Source: Eledone cirrhosa
Taxonomy: Eukaryota
Direction: 5' to 3'
NCBI GenBank assembly: GCA_964016885.1
Contig: OZ024760.1
Location: forward strand, 8,866,001 to 8,930,000
DNA length: 64,000 nucleotides
Part shown: in pieces, positions 1-13,136 of the stretch
Layout of the letters: each line of letters begins with the position of its first letter
How positions within the stretch are numbered: the first letter of the stretch is position 1
The notes under the pieces: generated by a model
Told to the model about the DNA's origin: nothing
Databases searched by the model: none
Seen by the model: the letters and a program-made list of their open reading frames with translations, nothing else
Program-made: the position numbers and the translations under genes

Positions 1-525
1 TCCCGTGCGACCCACACAATTCTTCCGTCGGTAATTGTATTGCTTGAAACAATTTGGGGAAGAAGCTTTCATCTCTTTGGTAAAAAAAAGGTCATGAACA
101 GCAGATATGACGTCATCATCACTGTGCTACTGGATCCCAGCCAAGGGGGTTTTTTTTTCATGTTGGGGAACAGATGATAGCTAGATGGGACCATTGTTCT
201 GATGAAACAAGACCCCCTTTTCTGGGCGTTTGGTCTTGATAACATTTCGCAACTGTGTCAACAAGTTGGCATAGTACTCTCCACTGATAGTGTGGCCCTT
301 TTGGAGATAATCAATAAACACAATACCTTTTGTATCCCCCCAAAAAACTGAGGTCATCACCATCCCTGCAGATAAAATCATCTTGATGATCTTTGGAGCA
401 GGTGAGGAGGGAAGTTTCCACTGCATGGATTGTCTCTTTGTCTCTGGTTCAAAGTGATGTGCCCAACACACATTCTGGATTAGGAAACGTTCAAAGAAAC
501 CAGGTGGATCTGATTCAAAAATTTC
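1..525 (-). mobile_element. Decayed mariner (Tc1/mariner) transposase fragment
   Basis: ORF 181-471 reads WAHHFEPETKRQSMQWK...SAGMVMTSVFWGDTKGIVFIDYLQKGHTISGEYYANLLTQLR...GVLFHQNN, typical of the mariner catalytic domain. Frameshifted continuation (FPNMKK, DDVISAVHD) runs towards position 1. Confidence 0.9.
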
Positions 526-540
526 TATTTCTTCTTTTAT

Positions 541-578
541 ATCTTCTGGTGAAGGATTAATATCCGAAGCATTAAGAT
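541..578 (+). ncRNA. Degenerate minimal hammerhead ribozyme motif
   Basis: ATCTT-CTGGTGA-A-GGAT(TAAT)ATCC-GAAGCAT-T-AAGAT. Perfect 5-bp stem I and 4-bp stem II, two core substitutions. Downstream tcaagcgttaaactaata is shared with the copy at 17072. Confidence 0.6.
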
Positions 579-681
579 TCTCTTTCTGTTATCTCAAGCG
601 TTAAACTAATATATATATATATATATATATATACATTTTTCATACTGTGACGTTTCCCTTTGTTTTTATCTGTTTACGTTT

Positions 682-723
<42 letters not shown>

Positions 724-760
724 GGGGAGAGAAAGACAGAAGAAGAAGAAGAAAAGAAGA

Positions 761-849
<89 letters not shown>

Positions 850-1671
850 CATTATTCCATCATGTAAATATATTAGATAAATATTTAACTCTTTTCCGGG
901 CTCTCACAATAGCGAAATGTCCTCCTTAAAATATTACATATAATGCAAATGTAGCGAGACAAATAGTTTTAAAGTTTTCGCAATTAACACATTTGCTTGT
1001 ACTTCCTTGTGTTTGTCTAATATTGAATTTCTTATTCTCAACGACAGTGACTCAGGTTATGTGGGGTGGGTGTGGAGGTGGAAAGAGGTGTCCTTGATTG
1101 TGATACTAGTGATGTGGAGATTATCACGTGTTTTATTTAAAAAAACGGAAAAGGAAGGGAAAAGCAAGGGCTCTAGTGTCACCGAAGAATGGGGAAGGTT
1201 ATTGGGCTCTGGGCCTAGGGTGCCGTGTTAATGGGTCTGCACTCCGCGGACAATGGCCAACGACACCTGCTGCAACAGCGACCCCACCTCACAAGGCTTC
1301 TTCCTCAGACGGGCTGCCGACGTTCCGATCCTGCGGAGGAGCTCGGCAGTACGGGGTCCAAATACGCCTAATGTCAGACGAAGAAATACGTATAGGAGTT
1401 TATCACGAGAGTGTGGCAAAGCGGAAAGCTACAGACATCCGTTTATAGATAAAAAGTGGGATTCCATCTGACCTGAAGAGAATTTAGATGTGGCTCTGGC
1501 TGTTATTTATAGAAATTTGGGTGCCGTTGACTCGAAAGGGGCAAGTAGATGAAGTGTGTGATTGGGGTTTACGACCGAGAACAAGGCTCGAAAGCTTCCT
1601 ATAATTGCACATAACAATATTGGGGGGTGGGATATGATGGTCATATATGATATATTAGTAATAATGTATCT

Positions 1672-3090
1672 TGGTTTGTGGTCATTGACTGTATCATACA
1701 TTAGTAATTAGATTTACCTTGGTTTGTGGTCATTGGCTGTATCATACATTAGTAATTAGATTTACCTTGGTTTGTGGTCATTGGCTGTATCATATATTAG
1801 TAATTAGATTTACCTTGGTTTGTGGTCATTGGCTGTATCATACATTAGTAATTAGATTTACCTTGGTTTGTGGTCATTGGCTGTATCATACATTAGTAAT
1901 TAGATTTACCTTGGTTTGTGATCATTGGCTGTATCATACATTAGTAATTAGATTTACCTTGGTTTGTGGTCATTGGCTATATCATACATTAGTAATTAGA
2001 TTTACCTTGGTTTGTGGTCATTGGCTGTATCATACATTAGTAATTAGATTTACCTTGGTTTGTGATCATTGGCTGTATCATACATTAGTAATTAGATTTA
2101 CCTTGGTTTGTGGTCATTGGCTGTATCATACATTAGTAATTAGATTTACCTTGGTTTGTGATCATTGGCTGTATCATACATTAGTAATTAGATTTACCTT
2201 GGTTTGTGGTCATTGGCTATATCATACATTAGTAATTAGATTTACCTTGGTTTGTGGTCATTGGCTGTATCATACATTAGTAATTAGATTTACCTTGGTT
2301 TGTGGTCATTGGCTGTATCATACATTAGTAATTAGATTTACCTTGGTTTGTGGTCATTGGCTATATCATACATTAGTAATTAGATTTACCTTGGTTTGTG
2401 GTCATTGGCTGTATCATACATTAGTAATTAGATTTACCTTGGTTTGTGATCATTGGCTGTATCATACATTAGTAATTAGATTTACCTTGGTTTGTGGTCA
2501 TTGGCTATATCATACATTAGTAATTAGATTTACCTTGGTTTGTGGTCATTGGCTGTATCATACATTAGTAATTAGATTTACCTTGGTTTGTGGTCATTGG
2601 CTATATCATACATTAGTAATTAGATTTACCTTGGTTTGTGGTCATTGGCTATATCATACATTAGTAATTAGATTTACCTTGGTTTGTGGTCATTGGTTGT
2701 GTCATATATTAGTAATTAGATTTACCTTGGTTTGTGGTCATTGGTTGTATCATATATTAGTAATTAAATTGTAGCTTGGTTTGTGGTCATTGGCTGTATT
2801 ATATATTAGCAATACGTTGTACCTTGGTTTGTGGTCGTTGGCTGTTGCATATATTAGTAATAACGTTTGACCTTGGTTTGTGGTCGCTGGCTATATCATA
2901 TATTAGTAATAACATTCTACCTTGGTTTGTGGTCATTGCCTGTATCATATATTAGTAATAACATTCTACCTTGGTTTGTGGTCATTGCCTGTATCATATA
3001 TTAGTAATAACATTCTACCTTGGTTTGTGGTCATTGGTTGTTGCATATATTAGTAATAACGTTGTACCTTGGTTTGTGGTCGTTGGTTGG
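1672..3090. repeat. 48-bp tandem minisatellite, about 29 copies
   Basis: Unit ttagtaattagatttaccttggtttgtggtcattggctgtatcataca. Homogeneous to about 2760, then diverged. Explains the 351-aa ORF of 16-aa repeats. Confidence 0.97.
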
Positions 3091-3392
3091 ATCAGAAGAC
3101 AACAAAGCAGACCATCTATTGAAGAAATGGACAGCTGGTGATGCAAAATAAAAAAGATAGTGAAGGCCAAATTGTTACAAATCAAACACTTTTGCTAACG
3201 GAGCGGAGCTGGGTGCCTGCAGGCGCGATCCCCGTAAGGTGGAATGGCTGTCCCAGCGCGTCTCCCCCAACGTTGTCCGGGGCAATGAATTCTCCATCCT
3301 ATCGACCGGGACCCAGAGGCGGAGGCTAAGTTAGTTGGTAGTGGAGGATATTCCCTCCACATCAATGGTTATTATCGTATCGGCTACAAAAA

Positions 3393-3625
3393 CAGGCAAT
3401 ATATCTGTTGTGTCAGGCAATATATCTGTTGTTTCAGGCAATATATCTGTTGTGTTTCAGGCAATATATCTGATATTTCAGGCAATAAAACTGTTGTGTT
3501 TCAGGCAATATATCTGATGTTTCAGGCAATATCACAGTTGTGTTTCAAGCAATATTACAGTTGTGTTTCAAGCAATATAACAGTTGTGTTTCAGGCAATA
3601 TATCTGTGGTGTTTCAGGCAATATA
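3393..3625. repeat. About 21-23-bp tandem repeat
   Basis: Repeated caggcaatatatctgttgtgttt variants. Confidence 0.9.
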
Positions 3626-3627
3626 TT

Positions 3628-4382
3628 AACCATTAGCTAGATAGCTACACACCACCACCGCCATTAACGATTTGCTAGATAGCTTCACACCACCACCGCC
3701 ACCACCATCAACCATTAGCTACATAGCTACACCACCACCACCATCAACTATTAACTAGATAGCTACACCACCACCACCATCAACCATTAGCTAGATAGCT
3801 ACACCACCACCACCATCAACTATTAGCTACATAGCTACACCACCACCACCATCAACTATTAGCTAGATAGCTACACCACCACCACCATCAACCATTAGCT
3901 ACATAGCTACACCACCACCACCATCAACTATTAGCTACATAGCTACACCACCACCACCATCAACTATTAGCTAGATAGCTACACCACCACCACCATCAAC
4001 TATTAGCTAGATAGCTACACACCACCACCACCACCACCATCAACCATTAGCTAGATAGCTACACCACCACCACCATCAACCATTAGCTAGATAGCTATAC
4101 CATCACCACCACCACCACCACCACCATCAACCATTAGCTAGATAGCTACACCACCACCACCATCAACCATTAGCTAGATAGCTATACCACCACCACCACC
4201 ACCATCAACCATTAGCTAGATAGCTACACCACCACCAACCATCAACCATTAGCTACATAGCTACACCACCACCAACCATCAACCATTAGCTAGATGGCTA
4301 CACCACCGCCACCATCAACCATCAACCATTAGCTACATAGCTACACCACCACCGTCATCAACCATTAGCTAGACAGCTACAC
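3628..4382. repeat. About 33-bp minisatellite with variable (CAC)n
   Basis: Repeated caccaccaccatcaaccattagctagatagcta. Confidence 0.93.
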
Positions 4383-5257
4383 TCCAACACACACCCCCAC
4401 TCCAACACACACATCAGCCAATGAAAATACAGAATTTTCGATTTTATTTCCCCCATTACACAACAAATTTCTCACGTTCACCAAATTTTCGTTTTGAATG
4501 GAAGTAATTTGCAAGGTTTTATAATATTCCCCCTTTTTTTTTACTGTTTTTCAATCTGCGTCCGTTGAAATCTTTTCACAATTCACAAGTACATCTCTCG
4601 TCTGTTTCTATCTGTTCACACTTTTCCATTATCACCTTGCAATCCCACCTCGGTTTGCTCACATTTACAATGTGTAAAAGTTCTTAGTTAACAAAACCAT
4701 CCATTTTGGCTTGTACATTTGGTGTACTGGGACTGGTCATTCACGTTATAAGATGGCCAGGAGTTCGTTAAACAGAAATGGCAACATCAATACTGACAAT
4801 TGATGAACTTCTTTATATTTTTTCTGTGTTATTATTTTTTTTTTATTAATCTATTTTTTGGGGGGTTCAAATGAGCTGGTCATGTGATCTCAGAACACTG
4901 ATAGCCATGATTTATGTAGAAATACATAAATGGCGTCATGCAACAACAAAACGGTTTCACGTGTTGTTGTTAGTTTATCATCCTTCTTCTTCTTCTTCTT
5001 CTTCTTCTTCTTCTTCTTCTTCTTCTTCTTCTTCTTCTTCAGAAGCAACGAGGGATAACTGTCTATGCATTTCGAACTTAAATGTTTCTCATCAGGACAA
5101 TGGTTCGCCCTGCTGGACATAGTTTTTTCGCATGTGTAGGTTGGCTGATCGGTCACATTTGCATACGAAAATGTATAAGTTCACTCAACTTAAAATAGGA
5201 TTAGTATTTAGCTTTGACAAATATACGCATATATATATATATATTGACGACTTTACT

Positions 5258-5295
5258 TCCCTCTGAAGAAGAGATATTATCTCGAAAATTTAAGA
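5258..5295 (+). ncRNA. Minimal hammerhead-like motif (weak stem I)
   Basis: CTGAAGA-A-GAGAT(ATT)ATCTC-GAA-AATT-T. Intact core, 5-bp stem II, palindromic stem III. Lies between (TA)n tracts. Confidence 0.55.
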
Positions 5296-5408
5296 CATTT
5301 AAATAAATCTAAGGTAAAAGACTAATTGTTAACAATATCTTTTGCATTTGCATTCTTTATTCTATGTCCATACCTGCATTGTTTTGGCTTTATTATACAT
5401 ATACAAAC

Positions 5409-5465
<57 letters not shown>

Positions 5466-5569
5466 TTGAGCTAACTTATGCAGCTTCATATACAAATGAG
5501 AAGGAGATTAATCACTTCATTTACACAGACGAGAAAACTATATATTCTTGACTGCAAGCGGTGGGAGGG

Positions 5570-5613
5570 ACCGTACTGATGAAGGCCAGTCAAGAATGAA
5601 ATGCATAGACGGT
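5570..5613 (+). ncRNA. Hammerhead-like motif with disrupted stem II
   Basis: ACCGTA-CTGATGA-aggccagtcaagaat-GAA-ATGCAT-A-GACGGT. Stem I accgt/acggt, palindromic stem III ATGCAT. Confidence 0.6.
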
Positions 5614-5780
5614 TGTCCCCCTTGCTTCTGCTGGACACCACCAGAGGGCGTTAGCCCCCGGTGTTTGCATAGCTACGGCTTGCTAAATGTTTCCTGTAAA
5701 CATACCGTGTTTCTTTAGAAATACGAAATTTCTATAGTTATCTGTATAAAGCTATGCTTGAAGCGAAATCCTATTTCTAT

Positions 5781-5805
<25 letters not shown>

Positions 5806-5811
<6 letters not shown>

Positions 5812-6095
5812 AGATCAAAAGATGGTTAAAGGAGTTCCATGTATTTTATTATGCGCATTTCAAAAACAAACATCATCATGCAATAATATTTGTGTTTTCA
5901 TCAGATAAAACAGGAGAACATGATATGAAGGCTAAAAAACACTTGTGGATAGTGCAGTTTTAAATCAACATATCATGGAACTCCTTTAACCATCTTTTGA
6001 TCTTATATTATGCATACTCCAGTCCTACAAACTGTAGAGTGCTTCTTATCCGATATCTGCATTGCTTTATTGTACTACAATAAAACTCACCTCCT

Positions 6096-6098
<3 letters not shown>
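5806..6098. mobile_element. HHR-bearing fold-back element family A, copy 1 (HHR on minus strand 5844-5910)
   Basis: Minus strand reads TTTTAT-CTGATGA-stem II-GAA-ATGCGCAT-A-ATAAAA. An inverted partial arm and tail ending cctaca follow. Flanked by (TA)n on both sides. Confidence 0.85.
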
Positions 6099-6157
<59 letters not shown>

Positions 6158-6308
6158 GATATAGGATATTTGATGCCCTAGTGGCAAATAAAAGAAATAT
6201 ATATATATAATATAATATAATATAATGTAATATATATATAATATAATATATATATATATATAATAGAATATATATATATATATATATATATAATATAATA
6301 TATATATA

Positions 6309-6349
<41 letters not shown>

Positions 6350-6458
6350 ATATATATATAATATAAAATATATATAATATAATATATATATATATATATA
6401 TAATATATATATAATGTAATATATATATAATATAATATATATATATATATATATAATA

Positions 6459-6513
<55 letters not shown>

Positions 6514-6588
6514 CTCTACTGCTGTATTACGTGTTCCGGCCGACAGACTGAGACCATGCTGGGGCTCCACCATTATATGTATATTAAA

Positions 6589-6782
6589 AGGGCGGTGGAT
6601 TGGCAGTATCGGTAGAGGGTCGGACGCCATGCTTTGCAGCAAAGAGTTGCGGCCCTTTATAGTCTGAGTTCAAATCCCGCCGAGGTTAACTTTGCCTTTC
6701 ATCCTTACGGGGTCGATAAAATAAAGTACCAGTAATGTACTGGTGTAATTGCTGGCCTTGTGCCAAAAGTAGAAACAATTAT
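6589..6782 (+). mobile_element. tRNA-derived SINE, full length, with target-site duplication
   Basis: A-box-like tggcagtatcgg, B-box gagttcaaatcc, central gcctttcatccttacggggtcgataaaataaagtaccag (resembles the Meta-type SINE core), tail ggccttgtgccaaaagtagaaacaatt. TSD attatatgtatattaa. Confidence 0.9.
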
Positions 6783-7794
6783 ATGTATATTAATGTATGT
6801 GTGTATGCTTTTCCTTACGTTATGTATGTGTGAATATAATATATGTATATGTATGTATATGTATGTACATGTGTTTATGTATACATGTATGAATATATGT
6901 ATGTATATGTATATGTATGTGTTTATGTATACATGTATGAATATATGTATATGTATCTATATATGTATGTGTTTATGTATGCATGTATGTATGTGTATGT
7001 ATATGTATGTGTTTATGTATGCATGTATGAATATATGTATATGTATATGTATATGTATGTGTTTATGTATACATGTATGAATATATGTATATGTATGTAT
7101 ATGTATGTGTTTATGTATGCATATATGTATGTGTATGTATATGTATGTGTTTATGTATACATGTATGAATATATGTATATGTATGTATGTGTTTATGTAT
7201 GCATGTATGAATATATGTATATGTATGTATATGTATGTATATGTATGTGTTTATGTATACATGTATGAACATATGTATATGTATGTATATGTATGTATGT
7301 AAGTATATATGTATATGTATCTATATATGTGTGTATGTATGTAAGTATATATGTATATATATATGTGTGTGTGTGTGTATGTATTTTTTTAGTCCTGCAG
7401 GATGTCCAAAGTCACCCTCCTCACCAAGAAACCTTGGTGGGGTTGCCAGTTTAGTCGCCAACGACCCGACCATGAGACTAAAAACAAAACCTGTCAAATG
7501 GCAAAGGAGCTCTTAAGAGTCAATGGCCATCCAAAATCGACGGGAGAGATGACCCCTTAGCCTTTGTCAAGGCAGAATTCTAGGAGAAGGAAAACTCTGA
7601 TATAACACCTGCAACCCTGATGGTATCCAATGATGTTGACTTGTTCTTCTTTTTGGTAAATATCATATTGGTTAAGATAGTGGGACTGGCTTTGTGCAAT
7701 GCCTTTGCTCACTATAAAAGCTTCACGGCACAGGCATTGCTTTATATCTGGAGATCTCTCTGCACTTGTCATCACATGGTACCATGGGCCTAGC

Positions 7795-7948
7795 ACTATG
7801 TGTCAATAATTGTCACAAGTGTAGTGTTTGTACCAGAGGTTTCAAGTCGCTGGCTGGACTAAAATGTCACACTCGTTCAGCGCATCGGTAGGGGTTCTCC
7901 TACATGGATATAAAGTAGTGGCCGTACTCGAAAACGAGTTGGCAGCCA

Positions 7949-7951
<3 letters not shown>
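7795..7951 (+). mobile_element. RTE (BovB-like) LINE extreme 3' end
   Basis: Encodes [22 protein letters not shown] (terminal C2H2 finger), then 3' hairpin ctcgaaaacgag, gcagccacc and a (TA)n tail. Confidence 0.7.
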
Positions 7952-8040
<89 letters not shown>

Positions 8041-8085
8041 ATATATATATATGTATGTATGTATATATATATATATGTATGTATG

Positions 8086-8119
<34 letters not shown>

Positions 8120-8184
8120 TGTATGTATGTATGTATGTATGTATGTATGTATGTATGTATGTATGTATATATATATATATATAT

Positions 8185-9157
8185 TTGGAAAGCTCTATGT
8201 GTGACAGTATAGAAGCTCTTGTGCTTAAGCAACGACTCCGTTGGAGTGGTCACCTTGCCAGGATGAAGGATTCTAGAATACCAAAACAACTCTTCTATGG
8301 AGAGTTGGTTAAAGGAAAACGACCGCCACATAAACCAAAAAAGAGGTATAAGGATTCCTTGAAAGCCTCTCTGAAAGACGCTAACATCTCTGCTGATACA
8401 TGGGAAAATGTTGCTGCTGATCGTAATAGATGGAGAAAGACTGTACATGAGGGAAAAGTTGCCTTTGAGGCATCTCGAATCGCATACGAGAAAGTAAAGC
8501 GGGATGTGAGGAAGGGCATTGCTGTTGCACTTCCAGACGGCGAGGGTCCTCCTATGGTGCTGACATACAGCGTCTGTGCGAGACTCTGCCTAAGCAAAGC
8601 TGGACTCGAAAGTCATCTTTGCAGTCATAAATTAAGACCAGTGGTTGACTACCAGGCTGCTGTTGGAGATGCTACTCATCATGCTTGCCAAACATGTGGT
8701 AGAGAATGAAAATCAGCAGAAGGGCTCAAGCGACATGCAAAAGTACACGAACTCCAACCACAGCCGTCTATTCCCAGTGAATGTTTTGGTTGCCGACTCT
8801 GTGCAAGACATTTTAGATCATTGGCTGGGCTAAAAAGCCACATTCGATCGCAGCGCTGTTAGTTGCTATCGTGTGTGTGTGTGTCTGTATAGATATGTTT
8901 ATGTGTGTGCGTGTGTGTGTATATATATATGTATATGTATATTATTATTGTTGTTGTCGTTATTATTATTGTTGTTATTATTATTATTATTATTGTTATT
9001 AATGTATGTGTGTGTGTATATATGTGTGTGTATATGTATATGTATATGTGTATATATATATATATATATTTCTTTTTTTTTATTTTTATTTTATTTTTTA
9101 TTTATTTATAAATTTTTTTTTCCTCGTGCTATAGCCATACTCGATAACGAGGGGGCA

Positions 9158-9164
<7 letters not shown>
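8185..9164 (+). mobile_element. RTE (BovB-like) LINE 3' fragment with C-terminal C2H2 fingers
   Basis: [53 protein letters not shown]...[12 protein letters not shown], then three zinc-finger-like units. 3' tail ctcgataacgag-ggggcagccatc-(TA)n at 9119-9164, separated by microsatellites. Confidence 0.9.
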
Positions 9165-9199
<35 letters not shown>

Positions 9200-9519
9200 A
9201 TGTATGTAAGTATATATATTGATATATATATGTGTGTATGTATGTAAGTATATATTGATATATATATATATGTGTGTATGTATGTATGTATATATTGATA
9301 TATATATGTGTGTATGTATGTATACATGTATATATATATGTGTGTGTGTGTGTATATATGTAAGTATATATGTATGTATATATATATATATACACGCAAA
9401 CAACGATCTGGTTTTCGTCCGTAGAAAACTATATATGAGAAAGTAGGTTTAGTTGTAGGTAAACTGGAAAATGGTAGGTCACAGTAGTGGTGGGGTGGGG
9501 GTGGATAATGGAGATCATA

Positions 9520-10270
9520 GGATGTTATGGGTGGTGGTGGTGGTGGTGGTGGTGGTGGTGGTTGTGGTGGTGGTGGTGGTGGTGGTGGCGGTGGTGGTGG
9601 TGGTGGTGGTGGTTGTGGTGGTGGTGGGAGGGGGGGGGGGGGTAGTGGTGGTGGTGGTGGTGGCGTTGGTGGTGGTGGTGGTAGTTGTTGTGGTGGTTGT
9701 GGTGGTTGTGGTAGTGGTGGTGGTGGTGGGATATGAAGATGGTGGTTGTGGTGGAGGTGGTGGTTGTGGTGGAGGTGGTTGTGGTGATGGTGGTGGTGGT
9801 GGTAGTGGAATATGAAGATGGTTGTGGTGGTGTTGGTGGTTGTCGTGGTGGTGGCGGTGGCTGTGGTGGTGGTGTTGGTTGCGGTGGTGACTGTGGTGCT
9901 GTTAATAGTGGGATATGATGGAGGTTGTGTTGGTGATAGTGGGGTGGTAGTGAAGGTGGTGGTGGTGGTGGTGGAGATGATGATAGTGATGGTGGTGGTG
10001 GTGGTGTTGTTGGTGGTTGTGGTGATGTCTGTGATGGCAGTGTTAGTGGTGATGGTGATGATGGTGGTGACGGTGGCAGTAGTGGTAGCGGTGATGGTGG
10101 TGGTGGTGGTGGTGGTGGTGGTTGTGGTGTTGTATGTGATGGCAGTGTTAGTGGTGATGGTGATGATGGTGGTGGCGGTGGCAGTAGTGGCAGTGGTGAT
10201 GGTGGTGGTGGTTGTGGTGGTGGCAGTAGTGGTGGCGGCGGTGATGGTGGTGTGGTGGGGGAAGGTGAGG
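9520..10270. repeat. (GGT)n-rich low-complexity tract
   Basis: Degenerate GGT/GTT/GAT trinucleotide runs. Confidence 0.95.
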
Positions 10271-10434
10271 TGAGGTGTGCCTTAGTTCTTTACTCTCAGC
10301 AGGAACACAGGATATTGTCATATATATAGGAAGAACGGAATGACAGACGTCCCAGGAATAAACACACACACAGACACTCATACATACACACAACACGTAC
10401 ACATACACATACATACACACACGCATACACACAT

Positions 10435-10465
<31 letters not shown>

Positions 10466-10958
10466 CACATAGATACAAACACACATACACATAGGCATAC
10501 ACACATACAAACACACGCATAGATACAAACACACAGACACACAAACGCACACACATACACACTCACACACACACACACATACACATACGCACGCACACAA
10601 ACACACACACACATACACACGCACATGCACACACACACACACACATACACACACACACACATACACACACGTATGAACATCAAACAAACTCACTTAAATA
10701 TATACATACATAAATATATGTATACACTACACATAAACATCCCTCCCACATATAAATATATATATATATATTTATACTATATATATATATATATACTACA
10801 CATGAATATATATACATACAAATATATATATATATATATACTATATATATATATATATATGAATCGAAATATCCAACACAGTGTTGTAAACAGATAGATA
10901 GAAAGTCAGACAGACTGATATATTAATAGATAGACACTCACACACACACACACACATA

Positions 10959-11073
<115 letters not shown>

Positions 11074-11112
11074 AGAGAGTGAGAGAAATATATAGATTGA
11101 CTGACAAATACA

Positions 11113-11145
<33 letters not shown>

Positions 11146-11151
<6 letters not shown>

Positions 11152-11483
11152 AGAACAAAAGATGGTTAAAAGAGTTCCATGTATTTTATTATGCGCATTT
11201 CAAAAACAAATATCATCATGCAATAACATTTGTGTTTTCATCAGATAAAATAGGAAGACATGATATGAAGGTTAAAAAACACTTGTGGATAGTGCAGTTT
11301 TAAATCAACATATGTTGATTTAAAAATATGTTGGTTTGAAATGCGCATAATAAAATACATGGAACTCTTTTAACCATCTTTTGATCTTATATATTATGTA
11401 TACTCCAGTCCTACAAACTGTAGAGTGCTTCTTATCCGATATCTGCATTGCTTTATTGTACTACAATAAAACTCACCTCCTAC
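11146..11483. mobile_element. HHR-bearing fold-back element family A, copy 2 (HHR on minus strand 11184-11250)
   Basis: Same sequence as 5806-6098, with palindromic centre aaatcaacatatgttgattt, an internally deleted second arm, and (TA)n flanks. Confidence 0.87.
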
Positions 11484-11617
11484 ATATATATATATACATG
11501 TATATGCGTATCTGTGTGTGTGTGTTTTTATACTTTTGGCAGGTCATCTAATAAAGTACACACACACACTCACAGAGAGATAGATAGATAGATAGAGAGA
11601 TAGATAGATAGAGAGAT

Positions 11618-11673
<56 letters not shown>

Positions 11674-12169
11674 GTGCTGTATATTTATTTGTGTTTAATG
11701 TTTTAGAGTAAATAATTATTTACTAGTTTAATCCTTAATTGTTTTGTCAAAGATCTTTCAACACACCCTGTAACCTTTTCGGTGCCATATTCCTCCAGTT
11801 CCTCTCTGTTTGCTGTTGAATTAGAAAGTGTCACAGAATAACACAAGGAGTATGAACTATTAGTAAATACAAGACGAACGCATCACTGATCACATGACGT
11901 CACAAATAAGATGACGTCACATATGATGGCGTTACTAATAAGGTAAGATCATCAGATGATGTGAGGACATCTTATGAGCTGACGTCATCCTCTCATTAGA
12001 TATCTTGGACAAATTAATTAACTAATGTTTGATAATAAAAGAGTAATGAGAGATACCTGTGTCCCCTACACGCCCCACTAGTCTTGCTATGACCTCTACA
12101 TCCCACCCACACCACTCTATCTGTCTCCTCTACACCCCCAAACGACGCTGGTTCCTTTCATCTGGACAT

Positions 12170-12620
12170 ACGGATCAGTACATCAGTGGATCTGTTAATC
12201 AGTGGATTAGTGGATCAGTGGATGTGCTGATCAGTGGATCAGTGGATGTGTTAATCAGTGTATCAGTGGATCAGTAGATACGTTGATCAGTGGATCAATG
12301 GATCAGTTGATCTGTGACTCAGTGGATTAGTGGATCAGTGGATGTGTTAATCAGTTGATCAGTGGATCAGTGGTTATGTTGATCTGTTACTTAGTGGATT
12401 AGTGGATCAGTGGATGTGTTAATCAGTTGATCAGTGGATCAGTGGATCAGGTGATCTGTGACTCAGTGGATTAGTGGATCAGTGGATGTGTTAATCAGTG
12501 TATCAGTGGAACAGTAGATATGTTGATCAGTGGATCAGTTGATCTGTGATTCAGTGGATCAGTGGATCAGTTGATTTGTTACTCAGTGGATCAGTGGATA
12601 TGTTGATCAGTGGATCAGTG
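12170..12620. repeat. GATCAGTG-based 8-bp satellite
   Basis: Repeated ggatcagt units with higher-order variants. Confidence 0.92.
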
Positions 12621-13097
12621 AATTAATGGGTTACAGGATGTAACCCACATCACAAGAAGTTTTTTTCGGTTAGATTGCTTCCCTCCGTGACCCGCCCTTC
12701 ACCACAACCCTAACCCCGCCCTTCACCACAAACAACACAGAAATGCAAATTTTCATCTTGATACGATACGAACTGGAAAATCAAAGAAACTCCCCTTCCA
12801 CTTCCCTCCACCACCACCCCTGTTCCTCCTTCTTCCCCCTCTTCCTCCTGCTCCACCATATTCTCCTCCCCTCCCACCCACCCCGTGCTACCCTCCAGCT
12901 CCTCCCGCTCCTCTCCCTGCTCCCCCCACTGCTCCTCCTATTCTTCCTCATGCTCCAACCCTGCTCATCCGCTGAGCCCTCCCCCCTCCTCCTCCTTCTC
13001 CTCCCACTTCTCCCCCGTGCTCTTAGCCCCTACCTATTTGCCCCAAGTACAACATCCCGAGTGTATTAGAAATAGGAGAAAAGAAACACACATCATC

Positions 13098-13099
<2 letters not shown>

Positions 13100-13136
<37 letters not shown>

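Noticed and set aside
1719-2774. 351-aa ORF of 16-aa repeats; also a CRISPR-like appearance
   Set aside because: It is the translation of a 48-bp head-to-tail minisatellite, with no unique spacers and no cas genes.
5155-5500. Imperfect inverted repeats of about 38 bp at about 5155-5192 and 5462-5499 suggesting a MITE
   Set aside because: Many mismatches, no identifiable TSD, and no second copy in the window.
11798-11942. Possible coding exon between ctccag and gtaaga
   Set aside because: Stops occur in all three plus-strand frames.
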